Of a stretch of 64,000 nt of DNA, positions 11,639 to 23,184 are shown in pieces. The notes beneath the pieces are model-generated. The model ran no database searches, was not told where the DNA came from, and saw only the letters and a program-made list of their open reading frames with translations. The stretch lies in NCBI RefSeq assembly GCF_006345805.1, contig NC_043016.1:7006001-7070000 (forward strand), written 5' to 3'. Within the stretch, counting starts at the first letter, position 1. Every line of letters starts with the position of its first letter. Source of the DNA: Octopus sinensis (taxonomy: Eukaryota). The position numbers were made by a program, and so were the translations under genes.

Positions 11639-12148
11639 AATATTATCACCTTTATGTAAGTATCATTTGAATTTGCCATGCCTTCATGAGGAAGGTGAGG
11701 TCCAGTCTTCTGTACTGCCAATTGCCAGTCAACATAATCCATTTTTTTAAATCTATGTCATAAAATGCAACATCATAGAATTAAACCTTCATCACTTGAT
11801 CTGAAGTTGTTCTCTGCCTCTTTCTAAACCCTCTGTCATGTATTTTGGATATATTCTACAAAGACACTCTGGCACATGTATGTGCCTATCCAAAATATGA
11901 AGTATATGCAGAGATAAATATTCAAGGCTAGTCCAAACTTGAATATACTTCAAATAGTTTCCCCTCTTATCTATCCATTTTTCTGCTAAGAATATATCTA
12001 TTCCATTCCATCCGTGCTACTGTCTTGATGGTAGCAGAGATGGGATAGTTGGTAGGATGTCTGGCTGAGGGACATCAGACTTTCCTCTCCTTACTTCTTG
12101 CACACAGCACTCATCTATTCACCTTGATTCCAGTGTGCCATGGCTTAC

Positions 12149-12247
12149 CATTCATTGGGATAACATTGTTGGTAATCATCTTGAAGTTGATGACAAGAAA
12201 TGAATTTCTTTGAAGGTAATTCCTCTAGTTGGCATCTATCTTCTACA
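12149..12247 (-). CDS. Candidate internal coding exon (99 nt, symmetric) of an unidentified minus-strand gene
   Basis: Acceptor tttctttctgctttccAG and donor atg|GTAAGC. Only one frame is open: VEDRCQLEELPSKKFISCHQLQDDYQQCYPNE. Confidence 0.45.
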
Positions 12248-12364
12248 CTGGAAAGCAGAAAGAAAGTTTGTGCAATTTACTTCACTGTGCTCGGAGAGTT
12301 CTCCCACAGGATTAAATGCTTCTGTCTTCAGTTTTGTTATTATTTTTATTATTTAATATTATTA

Positions 12365-12594
12365 TTAACCCTTTCATTACCATATTTCTGTTGAGATACT
12401 CTGTGTTTCTTTCAATTAATTTTAGATATAACAAAGAATTTAGTAAAACAACTTAGTTGTCATTAAGCTAGTGTTAGGAATATAAAATGTGACTAAGGTT
12501 TGGTGGAAGATTTTAATACTGATTTTTTGAGAACAAGACATTTGTATTACAGAGCCAGAGGCGGTTTCAGGCGGTTTGGTATCAAAAGGGTTAA
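12365..12594 (-). mobile_element. piggyBac-type MITE family 1
   Basis: TTAA-CCCTTT...AAAGGG-TTAA ends, ~225 bp, many copies in the window. Confidence 0.85.
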
Positions 12595-13480
12595 GGCAGA
12601 ATTTGTGGCATGCTGGGCAAAATGCTTAGTGACATTTTGCCTGTCTTTATATTCTGAGTTCAAATTCTGCCAAGGTTGATAAAATAAGTACCAGTTGGAC
12701 ACAGGGGTCAATTTAATTAGCATGGCACCTCCCACAAAATTTGAAACCAATGTTATTAAGGCAATGAAGTGGCAGAATTGTTAACACACCAAGCAAAATG
12801 CTTAGCAGTTTTATTTTGCCTGTCTTTACGTTCTGAGTTCAAATTCTTTTGAAGTCAACTTTGCCTTTCATCCTCTTGGGGTCGATAAATTAAGTATCAG
12901 TTTCGCACTGGGGTTGATGTAATCGACTGCCCCCCCTCCCCACAAATTTCAGGCCTTGCGACTATAGTGAAAAGGATTATTATTATTAAGACGATGAGCT
13001 GGTAGAATTGTTAACATGCCAGGCAAAATGCTTAACAGTATTTTGAGCTGGCAGAACCTTTAGCACACAGGGCAAAATGCGTAGCCGTATTTCGCCTGCC
13101 GTTACGTTGTGTGTTCAAATTCTGCCAAGGTTGACTTTGCCTTTCATCCTTTCGGGGTCGATAAATTAAGTACCAGTTACACACTGGGGTCGATGTAATC
13201 GACTTAATTCCTTTGTCTGTCCTACTAGTCCCCTCTGTGTTTAGCCCCTTGTGGGTAGTAAAGAAATATATACTGTGTATAATATTCCGATCGTCCTTGT
13301 TTGTCCCCTCTATGTTTAGCCCCTTGTGTGTAATAAAGAAACAAGTATTTCGTCTGTCTTTGCTTTTCATCCTTTCAGGGTTGATAAATTAAGTACCAGT
13401 GAAGTACTGGGGTTGATGTGATTGACTACCCCCACTTCCTATAAATTCCAGGCCTTGCACCTATAGTAGAAAGGATTATT
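12595..13480 (+). mobile_element. Cluster of tandem/nested SINE-A copies
   Basis: At least four repeats of ctgagttcaaattc...cctttcatcc...aagtaccag with both tail variants. Confidence 0.8.
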
Positions 13481-13669
13481 ATTATAATTAATAATAATAA
13501 TAAATATAGTCTCTAGTAGCCCTAGTCAAAAAGTAGACTTTGATTCTAACTGTTGTTAGCACTGGCATAATGCATATGTCGATATATTCTTATTGACATA
13601 CTCATCAGAGTCTACTCTTTATGGTGTGTATTGGCTAGGATTATCCAAAATACCACTTGTATGTCTCAC

Positions 13670-14229
13670 TTTAGGTCTCACTGAGGAAATGACTAGAGAC
13701 CGAGACCTATGGAAGTATGCTGTGTGTGAGAAGACCCGGCAGGACTAGTGAGACCATAACCCGTGGCCTCTACCTTGGATGTAGCCATTCCACTTATGCA
13801 TACCTTTCCTTCTTGGGACACAAAACCCTACATGTGAAGACCTGTTGAGGCAAGTAAGAATCAGAATCAAAATCGAAATCGATCAACATCAATGGAAATT
13901 GTAGCTGTGATACCAGTGCCAGGGGCATGTAAGAGAACCATCTGAACATGGCTGTTGCCAGCGCCGCCCCGACTGGCCTCCGTGCCGGTGGCACGTAGAA
14001 AGCACCATCCGACAGTGGCCGTTGCCAGCCTCCCCTGGCACCTGTGCCGGTGGCACGTAAAAAGCACCCACTACACTCACGGAGTGGTTGGTGTTAGGAA
14101 GGGCATCCAGCTGTAGAAACACTGCCAGAACAGACTGGGCCTGGTGCAGCCTTCTGGCTTCCCAGACCCCAGTTGAACCGTCCAACCCGTTCTAGCATGG
14201 AAAGCGGATGCTAAATGATAATGATGATG
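13670..14229 (+). mobile_element. RTE LINE 3' fragment (ORF end + 3'UTR)
   Basis: GLTEEMTRDRDLWKYAV, then a 3'UTR ending gataatgatgatg. Confidence 0.85.
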
Positions 14230-14279
14230 TATTTATGGGGATAGGAAACTTCTGAAGGTAGTAGTTGCCGAAGGAGCCC

Positions 14280-15232
14280 AAATTAAAACTCATTAGGCCT
14301 GAGAGGAACTTAATACTGGAAGAGTGCTTGCAGAATGGTTTTTGTCCCTTTGCACACATATTGGACAGGTTTGGCTGACAGTGTTTCTGTTTCTATAGAG
14401 TTTATCTTGAACTGGCATATTCTCTGGTAGTAATGCCAGCCGAGGGATTGCTAGAATTTATCCATGGATCCTGGTGTGGAAGTCCTCTGGGACAGTCAGG
14501 CCAGTTAATTTTCATTGACAACTAGTGTTCAGTCACCAAATGGGCCAGTGGTTAGGGCAGCGGACTCGTGGTCGGAGGATTGTGGTTTCGATTTCCAGAG
14601 TGGGCGTTGTGTGTGTTTATTGAGCGAAAGCACCTAAAAACTCCACAGAGCTCCGAAAGGGGGTGGTGGCGATCCCTGTTGTACTCTTTCACCACATCTT
14701 TCTCTCTTCCTGTTTCTTGAGTAACGCTGCGATGGACTGGCGTCCCGTCCAGCTGGGGGGAATATGTACGCCACGGAAACCGGGCCCATGACCCTGGCTA
14801 GGTTTGAAAAGGGCGAAGAAAGAGATAACAGCGGTGCATCAGCATGGCCGCAGCTCTGAGCTGAAACTTTAAATAAAAAAAAAAGTGTCGGCAAGAAACT
14901 TCTGCATTGCCCAACTTGTCGAGGATTGCGAGTGCTTGACGACATTCCAGCTGCCAAGCACCCTGTCTCAGCCTTTGTCTAAACCCAGTTAAAGTGACAA
15001 ACAGGGTTGGTGTGGGGGAAGCCCATCTGATAGACAACAGCCATGCCTTTTCATTGTCAAGGAAATGCTGAAGATGACGCAGCCTCTGCATGTGCTTGCA
15101 CTTCATCAGCCACATTGTATCCAGCACCACACACACAGTGGATGTCAGTGACTCAGATGGATCGGCAGCAGTGGAATGTCTCTTCCAGAAAAAAAGCAGT
15201 GAGACAAGACGCTCCAGTTTGGTTAGACGCGT
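14280..15232 (-). pseudogene. Degraded L1/Tx1-like LINE ORF2 C-terminal region, interrupted by SINE-D
   Basis: Minus-strand translation gives LTKLERL..FWK...WLMKCKHMQRLRHLQHFLD...WQLECRQAL. After the SINE it gives MPVQDKLYRNRNTVSQTCPIC..TILQALFQ, like a zf-RVT CCHC remnant. Confidence 0.6.
14539..14884 (+). mobile_element. SINE-D (tRNA-like head) plus LINE-like 3' stem-loop and poly-A
   Basis: ccagtggttagggcagcggactcgtggtc...tttcgatttcc (box A/B-like); tail gcggtgcatcagcatggccgcagctctgagctgaaac...An. Confidence 0.75.
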
Positions 15233-15620
15233 GCTGCAATTAGAAACGATAATAAATGAATAAATACATAAATAAACAAATAAATAAATATCAGCAATAC
15301 AAATAATTGTAGGTCTCAGCGTCTAATTTTATCATTATTAATTAGTCTGAAGATTGTATCTATTCAGATTATTATATATTTTCCCCCGTCCACATCGAAC
15401 GTGAATACACAAAAATATACATATTTTTCTATTATTAGTACAATAGCAATGGATTGTTCCAGAGCTGCAGAAAGAAGGATGATGATGATGACGACGAAGA
15501 TAAAGAAGGAAGCAGTGCTGACGGTGTTGTTGGTCATTCGGTGTGTAATGACCGATCAGACAAATAAAGATAGATTCTGTTTCATAAAGTCTAGAATTGT
15601 AGCTATTAATTAGGCATACA

Positions 15621-16337
15621 GGAATCTTTTCGGTTTGAATGGCAGTTTTTTCTAGCGGTGTCATATGAAGTTGTCACCCATAATTATGACCCTAGAATCG
15701 ATCTATTGCATTTCAATCTCTTTTAGGATTAGGGTTATGGGTGGGGTGGGGGGAAGGGTGTCTTTTTTTTCTTCACAAATGTAAATAAACCCAATCTGTT
15801 TCTTAAATGAGGGACGTATTCATACCGCACAGAATATTTTTTACCTCAATAGACTTCATTGATTGGTTGAAATTGCAGAAATTGAAGAGAAAAAAACCCA
15901 ACAAATATCTTACAAACTATAGAATTTTCTGAATAAAGCCAAGAGAAAAAGATGTTTTATAAACACATTCTACCAGTATACGAAGTTTAAAATTTTTTAG
16001 TTACCTAGAAATTATGTTAAAAACTGCCGTTCAAACCGAAAAGACCCAAATATCTTACAAACTATAGAATTTTCTGAATAAAGCCAAGAGAAAAAGATGT
16101 TTTATAAACACATTCTACCAGTATACGAAGTTTAAAATTTTTTAGTTACCTAGAAATTATGTTAAAAACTGCCGTTCAAACCGAAAAGACCCAAATATCT
16201 TACAAACTATAGAATTTTCTGAATAAAGCCAAGAGAAAAAGATGTTTTATAAACACATTCTACCAGTATACGAAGTTTAAAATTTTTTAGTTACCTAGAA
16301 ATTATGTTAAAAACTGCCGTTCAAACCGAAAAGATCC
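15621..16337 (+). mobile_element. MITE with ~30-bp TIRs and triplicated 145-bp right end
   Basis: Left gaatcttttcggtttgaatggcagttttt; right aaaactgccgttcaaaccgaaaagatcc. Repeat units start at 15902, 16047 and 16192. Confidence 0.85.
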
Positions 16338-16706
16338 AGCATCCGGTCTGCCTTGATTGACAAAACATATTCCAGCAGTTTCTACTTCGGTTTTCCATTC
16401 TTCCTTTATTATCTTTTTTTCATCGAGGTATTGTAAAACTTTTACAATATCCCAAGTTTAATTTGAGAAGAAAAGGTGGTATGGTATGTGGTTTTAGCAA
16501 AAATTTGGCTGCTATTTCGTGACGCAACCGGTGGAAAGGCTTCCGCTCAACCCACCCCCATTTTCTCTCAAATTTGTTTATTTTTGAAATTTTTTTTTTG
16601 GCAAAATCCCCTGTTTTCGGATATGGAGGGTCTGGAAAATTGCCAAAAATTGGCATCGTGACCCCCACCCCCCCAACTTCTTCAATTTTGACTTTTTTCT
16701 CCAACA

Positions 16707-16771
16707 CTAACCCTAAAACTCCAACCCTAACCCTAAAGCCCTAACCCCTAACTCTAAAACCGTAACCCTAA
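16707..16771 (+). repeat. Degenerate interstitial telomere-like (CCCTAA)n tract
   Basis: ctaaccctaaaactccaaccctaaccctaaagccctaacccctaactctaaaaccgtaaccctaa. Confidence 0.7.
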
Positions 16772-17084
16772 GTACAGAATGTTTCGAAATTTTTGTACGA
16801 ATCATAAAGTTCGTATTTTTTTTGCATATTTAGAAAACAAAAAGATTCTGAAAAAAATGAAGGAAGGTGGGGTGGGTGATAATTTAGAAATGCCGATTTT
16901 TGTCAATTTTTTTGCAGATTCGTCTTCCCCATAACTGAAAATTGGGGGGTGGTTGTGTCGGGGAAAAAAAAAAAAGAAATTTTTTTTTAAAAAGGGTGGT
17001 TTTTTTGTAGGGGACGGGCGGAAGTCTTGCCCAACCAGTTGTTGTTGGGAGTGACGTTGCTTCTAAGTTGGATGCAGGGTGTAG

Positions 17085-17190
17085 GGGAAGGAGCGTGCGT
17101 ATATGAATGCGCACGCGTGTTTTTGTGTGTTGATAAAACATGCTCTCCGTTTTATAGACGTGTGTCATGTGGCGGGAAGTAAATTTCAAT
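17085..17190. promoter_or_regulatory. Candidate CpG-rich promoter segment
   Basis: Local CpG cluster with tgcgcacgcg (NRF1-like) and ggcgggaa (E2F-like) motifs in a CpG-poor context; no transcript evidence. Confidence 0.3.
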
Positions 17191-17274
17191 TTCTATCACT
17201 ATAATAGTTCTTTCTTTTGTTAAAATAAAAAACACGTTTTCACTATACCTTTCATTTGTGTTTATCCACTAGTT

Positions 17275-17308
<34 letters not shown>

Positions 17309-17466
17309 CTGTCATGCCTGCCAAATTTGGTTCTGGTGTTCGCTGAATTTTTCCTCTAGAGAACTTTCTTTGTAGTTTGATTGTTGATTATCTATTTCTA
17401 GCATACGGCCGACTACCTAGCAGTCTTGCCCTGTCAATATATACACACACACACACATATACATAC

Positions 17467-17536
<70 letters not shown>

Positions 17537-18202
17537 ATATATAATACAAAATAAGAAAATGGAGAAATACATCTAAATCAAATATCAATTACCAGATAAT
17601 ACTCAATCACATACTTTATTAAATCACCACATACATTATCTGGTAATTGATATTTGATTTCGATGTATTTCTCTGTTTTCTTATCTTGTATTATTAATTT
17701 GTGGTAAAACATTTTACCTTTGCCCATATAATACAGTAAATGAATTGATTGCATCGTAATCCTTAACATTTATGTATTAACTTTGTTGGGTACTTCACTA
17801 GCAGTATATTGGATATATGTTATCCCATAGAGGGTTGCATTTACAACCCCTATCTCAATTTGTATATATATATATATATTTGTGTGTGTGTATTATACAT
17901 ACATACCGGCTGAAAAGACTGCAGCTAATATTTACAAACAGTACCATTTTGTAAAGAATCTTAGGATAAGCTAAATGACAAAAATAACTTTGCCGAAACT
18001 AAATTATCTCTGATGCTTCCACAGCGCATTCTTGATTAGCAGCGGCAGTTTGGCAAATAAACTGACTTAATCTACTTGGTGTTATGTGTGTGGGTATGAG
18101 TTTGTGTGTGTGCGTATATATACACACACACACACACAAACTCATGTGTGTGTGTATATATACGCACACACACTCTTTTATGTATGTGTATATACTGTAT
18201 AT

Positions 18203-18453
18203 ACTCTTTACTCTCTTTTACTCTTTTACTTGTTTCAGTCATTTGACTGCGGCCATGCTGGAGCACCGCCTTTAATCGAGCAACTCGACCCCGGGACTTA
18301 TTCTTTTGTAAGCCTAGTACTTATTCTATCGGTCGGTTTTGCTGAACTGCTAAGTAACGGGGACATAAACACGCCAGCATCGGTTGTCAAGCAATGCTGG
18401 GTGGACAAACACACACACGCATATATATACATATATACAACGGGCTTCTTTCA
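18203..18453 (-). mobile_element. SINE-B 3' half
   Basis: (tcttttac)n tail and gactgcggccatgctggagcaccgcc. Confidence 0.8.
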
Positions 18454-19013
18454 GTATATTTAACATATATATATATATATATATGTTAAATTGGCAGAGG
18501 TTCTTGTTATGGTGCTCTTTTTCGAACGTGAAACTTTCAGCCATCGAATCACCACTTTGTAAGCTGTGATAAGTTTGCTTCCCATCCACATGGCTCCTGG
18601 TTCGCTCCTACTGTGAGGCATCTTGGGCAAGTACATGTCTCCCACTATGGTCTCAGGCCGTTCAAACACTTGTGAGTACGCTTGATTGATGGAAACTGAT
18701 AGAAGCCCTCGTACACACACACACATTTATACACATACGTGTATATGTGTACGAATATGTATGTTCATGTGGGTATAAAAGTGAGTAGTTAGAGACGAAT
18801 GGTCTTTGTTTAATCCTGTACAAGTCAATTCTGGATGGTAATAACGTTATATTTAGAAAACGGGCGGCATTTCTATCGAGTCATTTCATTATAGTTACTA
18901 TCCTCATAATCATAAACATCATCGTTATTATTCTAGCAAGTATAATAATAACTAGCTGGACCCTTGAAAAATTCACAGAAAACATAAAAAATATAAGCAT
19001 CTGTAAACAGTGT

Positions 19014-19420
19014 GATCTTTTTGGTTTGACCGGCAGTTTTTTAAAATAATTTCCACGTAACTAAAAAATTTCAAACTTCGTATACTGGTAGAATGTGTTT
19101 ATAAAACATCTTTTTCTCTTGGCTTTATTGAGAAAATTCTATAGTTTGTAAGATATTTGTTGCTTTTTTTCTTCAATTTCTGCAATTTCAACCAATCAAT
19201 GACATCTATTGAGGTGAAAACATTCTGTGCTGTATGAATATGTCCCTCGTTTAAGAAACAGATTGGGTTTATTTACGTTTGTGAAGTAAAAAAGATACCC
19301 TTCCCCCACCCTAATCCTAAAACAGATTGAAATGCAATAGATCGATACTAGGGTCATAATTATGGGTGACAATTTCATATGACACCGCTAGAAAAACTGC
19401 CGTTCAAACCGAAAAGATCC
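19014..19420 (-). mobile_element. Second copy of the 15621 MITE, with 8-9 bp TSD
   Basis: TIRs gatctttttggtttgaccggcagtttt and aaaactgccgttcaaaccgaaaagatcc; aaacagtgt repeated at 19005-19013 and 19421-19429. Confidence 0.85.
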
Positions 19421-20004
19421 AAACAGTGTACTGGTGCAGGAGAAATGTTTACATATTATGACCGTCTGTCATTATATTCTGAGTTCAAATTCTGCCGAGG
19501 TCGACTTTACCTTTCATCCTTTTGGGATCGATAAATTAAGTACCAGTTGTGTACTAGTGTCGATCTAATCAACTGCCCCCTACCCACAAAAATTTCAGGC
19601 CTAGAAAAGTATATTGTTGACAGTTAGAGATTATAGAAAGAAGTGTGAAACTGATAACTATATAATCCAACCAAAATATCTCAGTTACGAAAACGTAAAC
19701 AGAATTACTATTTAACCTTAGAATACATCGTACATATTCAGAGAAACTTCTTGGTTTAAGGGCACGAAATGTTCTTCTGGGATTCTTTTATTCTTTTACT
19801 TGTTTCAGTCATTTGACGATGGCCATGCTGGAGCACCGCATTTTAGTCGAAGAAATCGACCCCTGGACTTATTCCCTGTAAGCCTGGTGCTAATTCTTCT
19901 GCTGAACAGCTAAGTTATAGGGACGCAAACACACCAACATCAGTTGTCAAGCAGTGGTGGTGGTGGTGGTGGGACAAACTCACACACACACATACATACA
20001 TTTT

Positions 20005-20481
20005 TTTTTTTTTGGCCCACAGGGGTCTAAACACAGAGGGGACAAACAAGGAGAGACAAAGGGATTAAATTGATTACATCAACCCCAGTGCGTAACTGGT
20101 ACTTATTTAATCAACCCCGAAAGGATGAAAGGCCAAGTCGACCTCGGTGGAATTTGAACTCAGAACATAGCAGCAAATGAAATACCACTAAGCATTTTGC
20201 CCGCAGTGCTAATGATTCTGTCTGCTCGCTACCATTACATACATATATATGTTTCTTTACTACCCACAAAGGGGCTAAACACAGAGGGGACAAACAAGGA
20301 CAGACAAACGGATTAAGTCGATTACATCGACCCCAGTGCGTAACTGGTACTTAATTTATCGACCCCGAAAGGATGAAAGGCAAAGTCGACCTCGGCGGAA
20401 TTTGAACTCAGAACGCAACGACAGACGCAATACCGCTAAGCATTTCGCCCAGTGTGCTAACGTTTCTGCCAGCTCGCCGCC
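20005..20481 (-). mobile_element. Two tandem SINE-A copies
   Basis: Reverse complements of SINE-A at ~20005-20233 and ~20252-20481. Confidence 0.85.
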
Positions 20482-20774
20482 ATACATATATATATGACAG
20501 GCTTGGTGGTGGTGGTGATGCTGGCTGGTGCAATTTTGTGGTTTGCTGGTATGCCGAGAGATATCTAGTGGGCCCCTAACTGTTTTCCCGATCTTAAAGG
20601 TGTAATGTGGATGTGTAATGATGGAGCAGCTGGTGTGGTGGTGATGCTAGCTGGTGCAGTGGTCTTCCTCACAGTACTTTATGGTAGACAATATTTTGTG
20701 TGCATCACACCACGTTTTTAGCCTTGTCTCTTATCTCAGCTGAGTGTCATAACTCTTACTTTGATATTGTTCAT

Positions 20775-21305
20775 GGCTCATGCTCTTGAAAATGCAACAT
20801 ATAATTGGCCATGAGAAAATACCGGTTAAGGCAAATGTATTCCGGATTTTTCAAATGTTTGCCCTGAAGCCTTTGAAGCGGAAACTGAAGTCTGTTTCGT
20901 GTGAATGCAATACTTGCATCACTTGGGCTAAGTTTTTATTCTGGGAATTAGAACTGTGCGAGCTCTGTTGGAACCAGTTAACAATGATGCCTCTACACAA
21001 TGTTCATGAAGTCTTTGCACTTTCATGCGAGTTCCATTACATAATCCTTGACTGATTGAAAGATTTCTTAGCAGCATTACAATAGTCCCTACTTTTTTGA
21101 GGTGATGAGGAGGCATACCGGATGGAGTGAGTGAGTTTATGAATTCAAATGGATAGCTCTGAACCTCCTCTTCATTATTGCAGGACACTGAATCCATGCT
21201 TATGTACGTTTTAAGGGCCTCTGGTATAATATTAAGAAGTTTTTCATTTATTGCAAGACAGAATTTTTAGGAGATAGAATTATTCGTTCTTCTATTTCTT
21301 CTGGC
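20775..21305 (-). pseudogene. Helitron RepHel PIF1-type helicase relic
   Basis: ERIILSPKN..INEKLL; YPFEFINSLTPSGMPPHHL..VMLLRNLSISQGLCNGTRM; VLIPRI; RLQFPL; GQTFEKSGIHLP*PVFSHGQLYVAFSR are PIF1/Helitron helicase motifs, with stops and frameshifts. Confidence 0.92.
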
Positions 21306-21611
21306 ATGCTGTTGTTGAGAGTTTCTGGGTACAAATGTACAAATTGAAATGCAAAAGAACTAAATAATAAATGGATTTATGAATGAAAGTTTGGTAATTG
21401 TGTTTTCCACCACACGACACTTATTATTGCAAACATGTTTTAACTAACCTAAACTATACACACGCACAAATACATTCATATATATATATATGTCTCAAGT
21501 TGTAGCTGTAATTCAAAGGGGCCAGCCTTGTTATATTCTGTGTGAAGCTGAATCTCCCTAAGAACTACATTAATGTTATGCATGTCTGTGGAGTACTCAG
21601 CCATTTGTGAG

Positions 21612-22210
21612 TTAACCCTTTCGTTACCAACCCGGCTGAAACCGCCTCTGGCCTTGTAGTACAAATGTCTTGTTTTCATCAGTTTTGAATTAAAATCTTC
21701 AACCAAACCTTAGTCGCAATTTATGTTCCTAACACTTGCTTAATGATAACCAAGTTATTTTACTAAATTCTTTGTTATATTTAAAGTAATTGAAACAAAC
21801 AGATCATCATCATCATTGTTTGACCGTGGTCGAGACAATGGAATTTACCATGTTGCGCCAGACTTCACGGTCCATCATAGCATTACGGAGGTCCTGTTGC
21901 TGGATGCCTGTATCCCTGGAGATTACATCAGGGTAGGAGAGTGTGCGCCCTCTGGTGTTGCGAGTAGATGGCTTCCAGAGGAGAAGAGTAGAAATTACTT
22001 CTTTTTCAGCTCTACAACAATGTCCAGCAAACTGGACTCTCCTACCTTTCACAAGAGATGACACAAGTGGTAATTTCCCATATATTTGCATTTTAGTTGG
22101 ATGGCGCCTCCACGAGAGATTTTGAGCTCTCATAAGGCGGCGAGTGTAGGTTCCATCCAACCGAACAAACACAGAGCATCTCAAAATAAATACAGTAACG
22201 AAAGGGTTAA
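21612..22210 (+). mobile_element. piggyBac-type MITE family 1 interrupted by a LINE
   Basis: TTAA-CCCTTTCGTTACC ... AAAGGG-TTAA. Confidence 0.85.
21802..22163 (-). mobile_element. 5'-truncated RTE-clade LINE of a second family; stop codon runs into (TGA)n tail
   Basis: RLDGTYTR..NLSWRRHPT..IYGKLP..FAGHC..LLLWKP..MMDREVWR; TSD aacaaaca at 21794-21801 and 22164-22171. Confidence 0.85.
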
Positions 22211-23184
22211 TTTTATCCTCGTGTGGTAATGAAAAGTGAAACTGACAGCCAATATTTGTTGTGTCTATGTATCTATGGACTTACCTTTGGGTTTATATAT
22301 CTGCTGTCTCTCTTTCTCTTTCACATCCTTTGTGTTTCCACTTCTCTTCTGCTTTTGATTTAACACTGTGTACTTGTAACTATGTATCTACTTCTCTTAC
22401 GATGTGATAAACATTTAAAATCACAAAACTCACTGTCTCTTTCACTCTCTTTCACTCTCACTCTCTTGCTTACCTCATCTCTGTCCTCTTTTCTCTCGCT
22501 TTGCCACTTTGAAGTAAGTGACACACGCAACAGGTACATACAAAAACAAAAAGTTTGCATATTAATATTGATGATGATGATGATAATAATGGTTTCAGGT
22601 TTTGTTACAAGGGCAGCAATTTTAGGGGAAGGGGATGAGTTGATTACCTTACCTTATGATAATAAGGATAGTGGTGGTGGTGGTGCTGGTGGCGGTAGTA
22701 GTAGCAGTAAAAAAATATTCTGGAAATAAATAAATTCCAGCTTCTGTCATATACATCATAAAACAATTTCTGTTTATCTCACTGAATAATTTATTTCATG
22801 TTCTCACTTTTTCCCCAATAAACGGAAATGAAGATTCACGTGTATAAAATCTTGTGGTCGTCTCCTCCTCCTCCTCTACTCCCTCGTGTCTTAACACAAA
22901 AATCTAAGTCCCTGCTACTTAATATATAATCTCTATTTATTTGCCAACTACTTTTCAGCATGTCCTTGATACTGCATTTTATTATGGCATCAACACTGGA
23001 GACGTGTCTTCTCTGTTGCTTCCATTTATTCAAGACAATACGACTGGATCTATAAGCAGAAGAGAGAATGTCAGCATGATGTTGGGGGGCAGTACAAAAC
23101 AAGCAAAAATATTGCCAGGAGGAAGTAATGAATCATCATCATTATCATTTAACATCTATTGCCCATGCTGGCATGAGTTGGGTG

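Noticed and set aside
14539-14620. tRNA gene (likewise the other SINE heads)
   Set aside because: Box A/B-like only, no complete cloverleaf, and it continues into a dispersed repeat body.
14798-15233. Host exon with minus-strand acceptor at 15234
   Set aside because: The translation fits a degraded L1/Tx1 ORF2 that continues past the SINE insertion.
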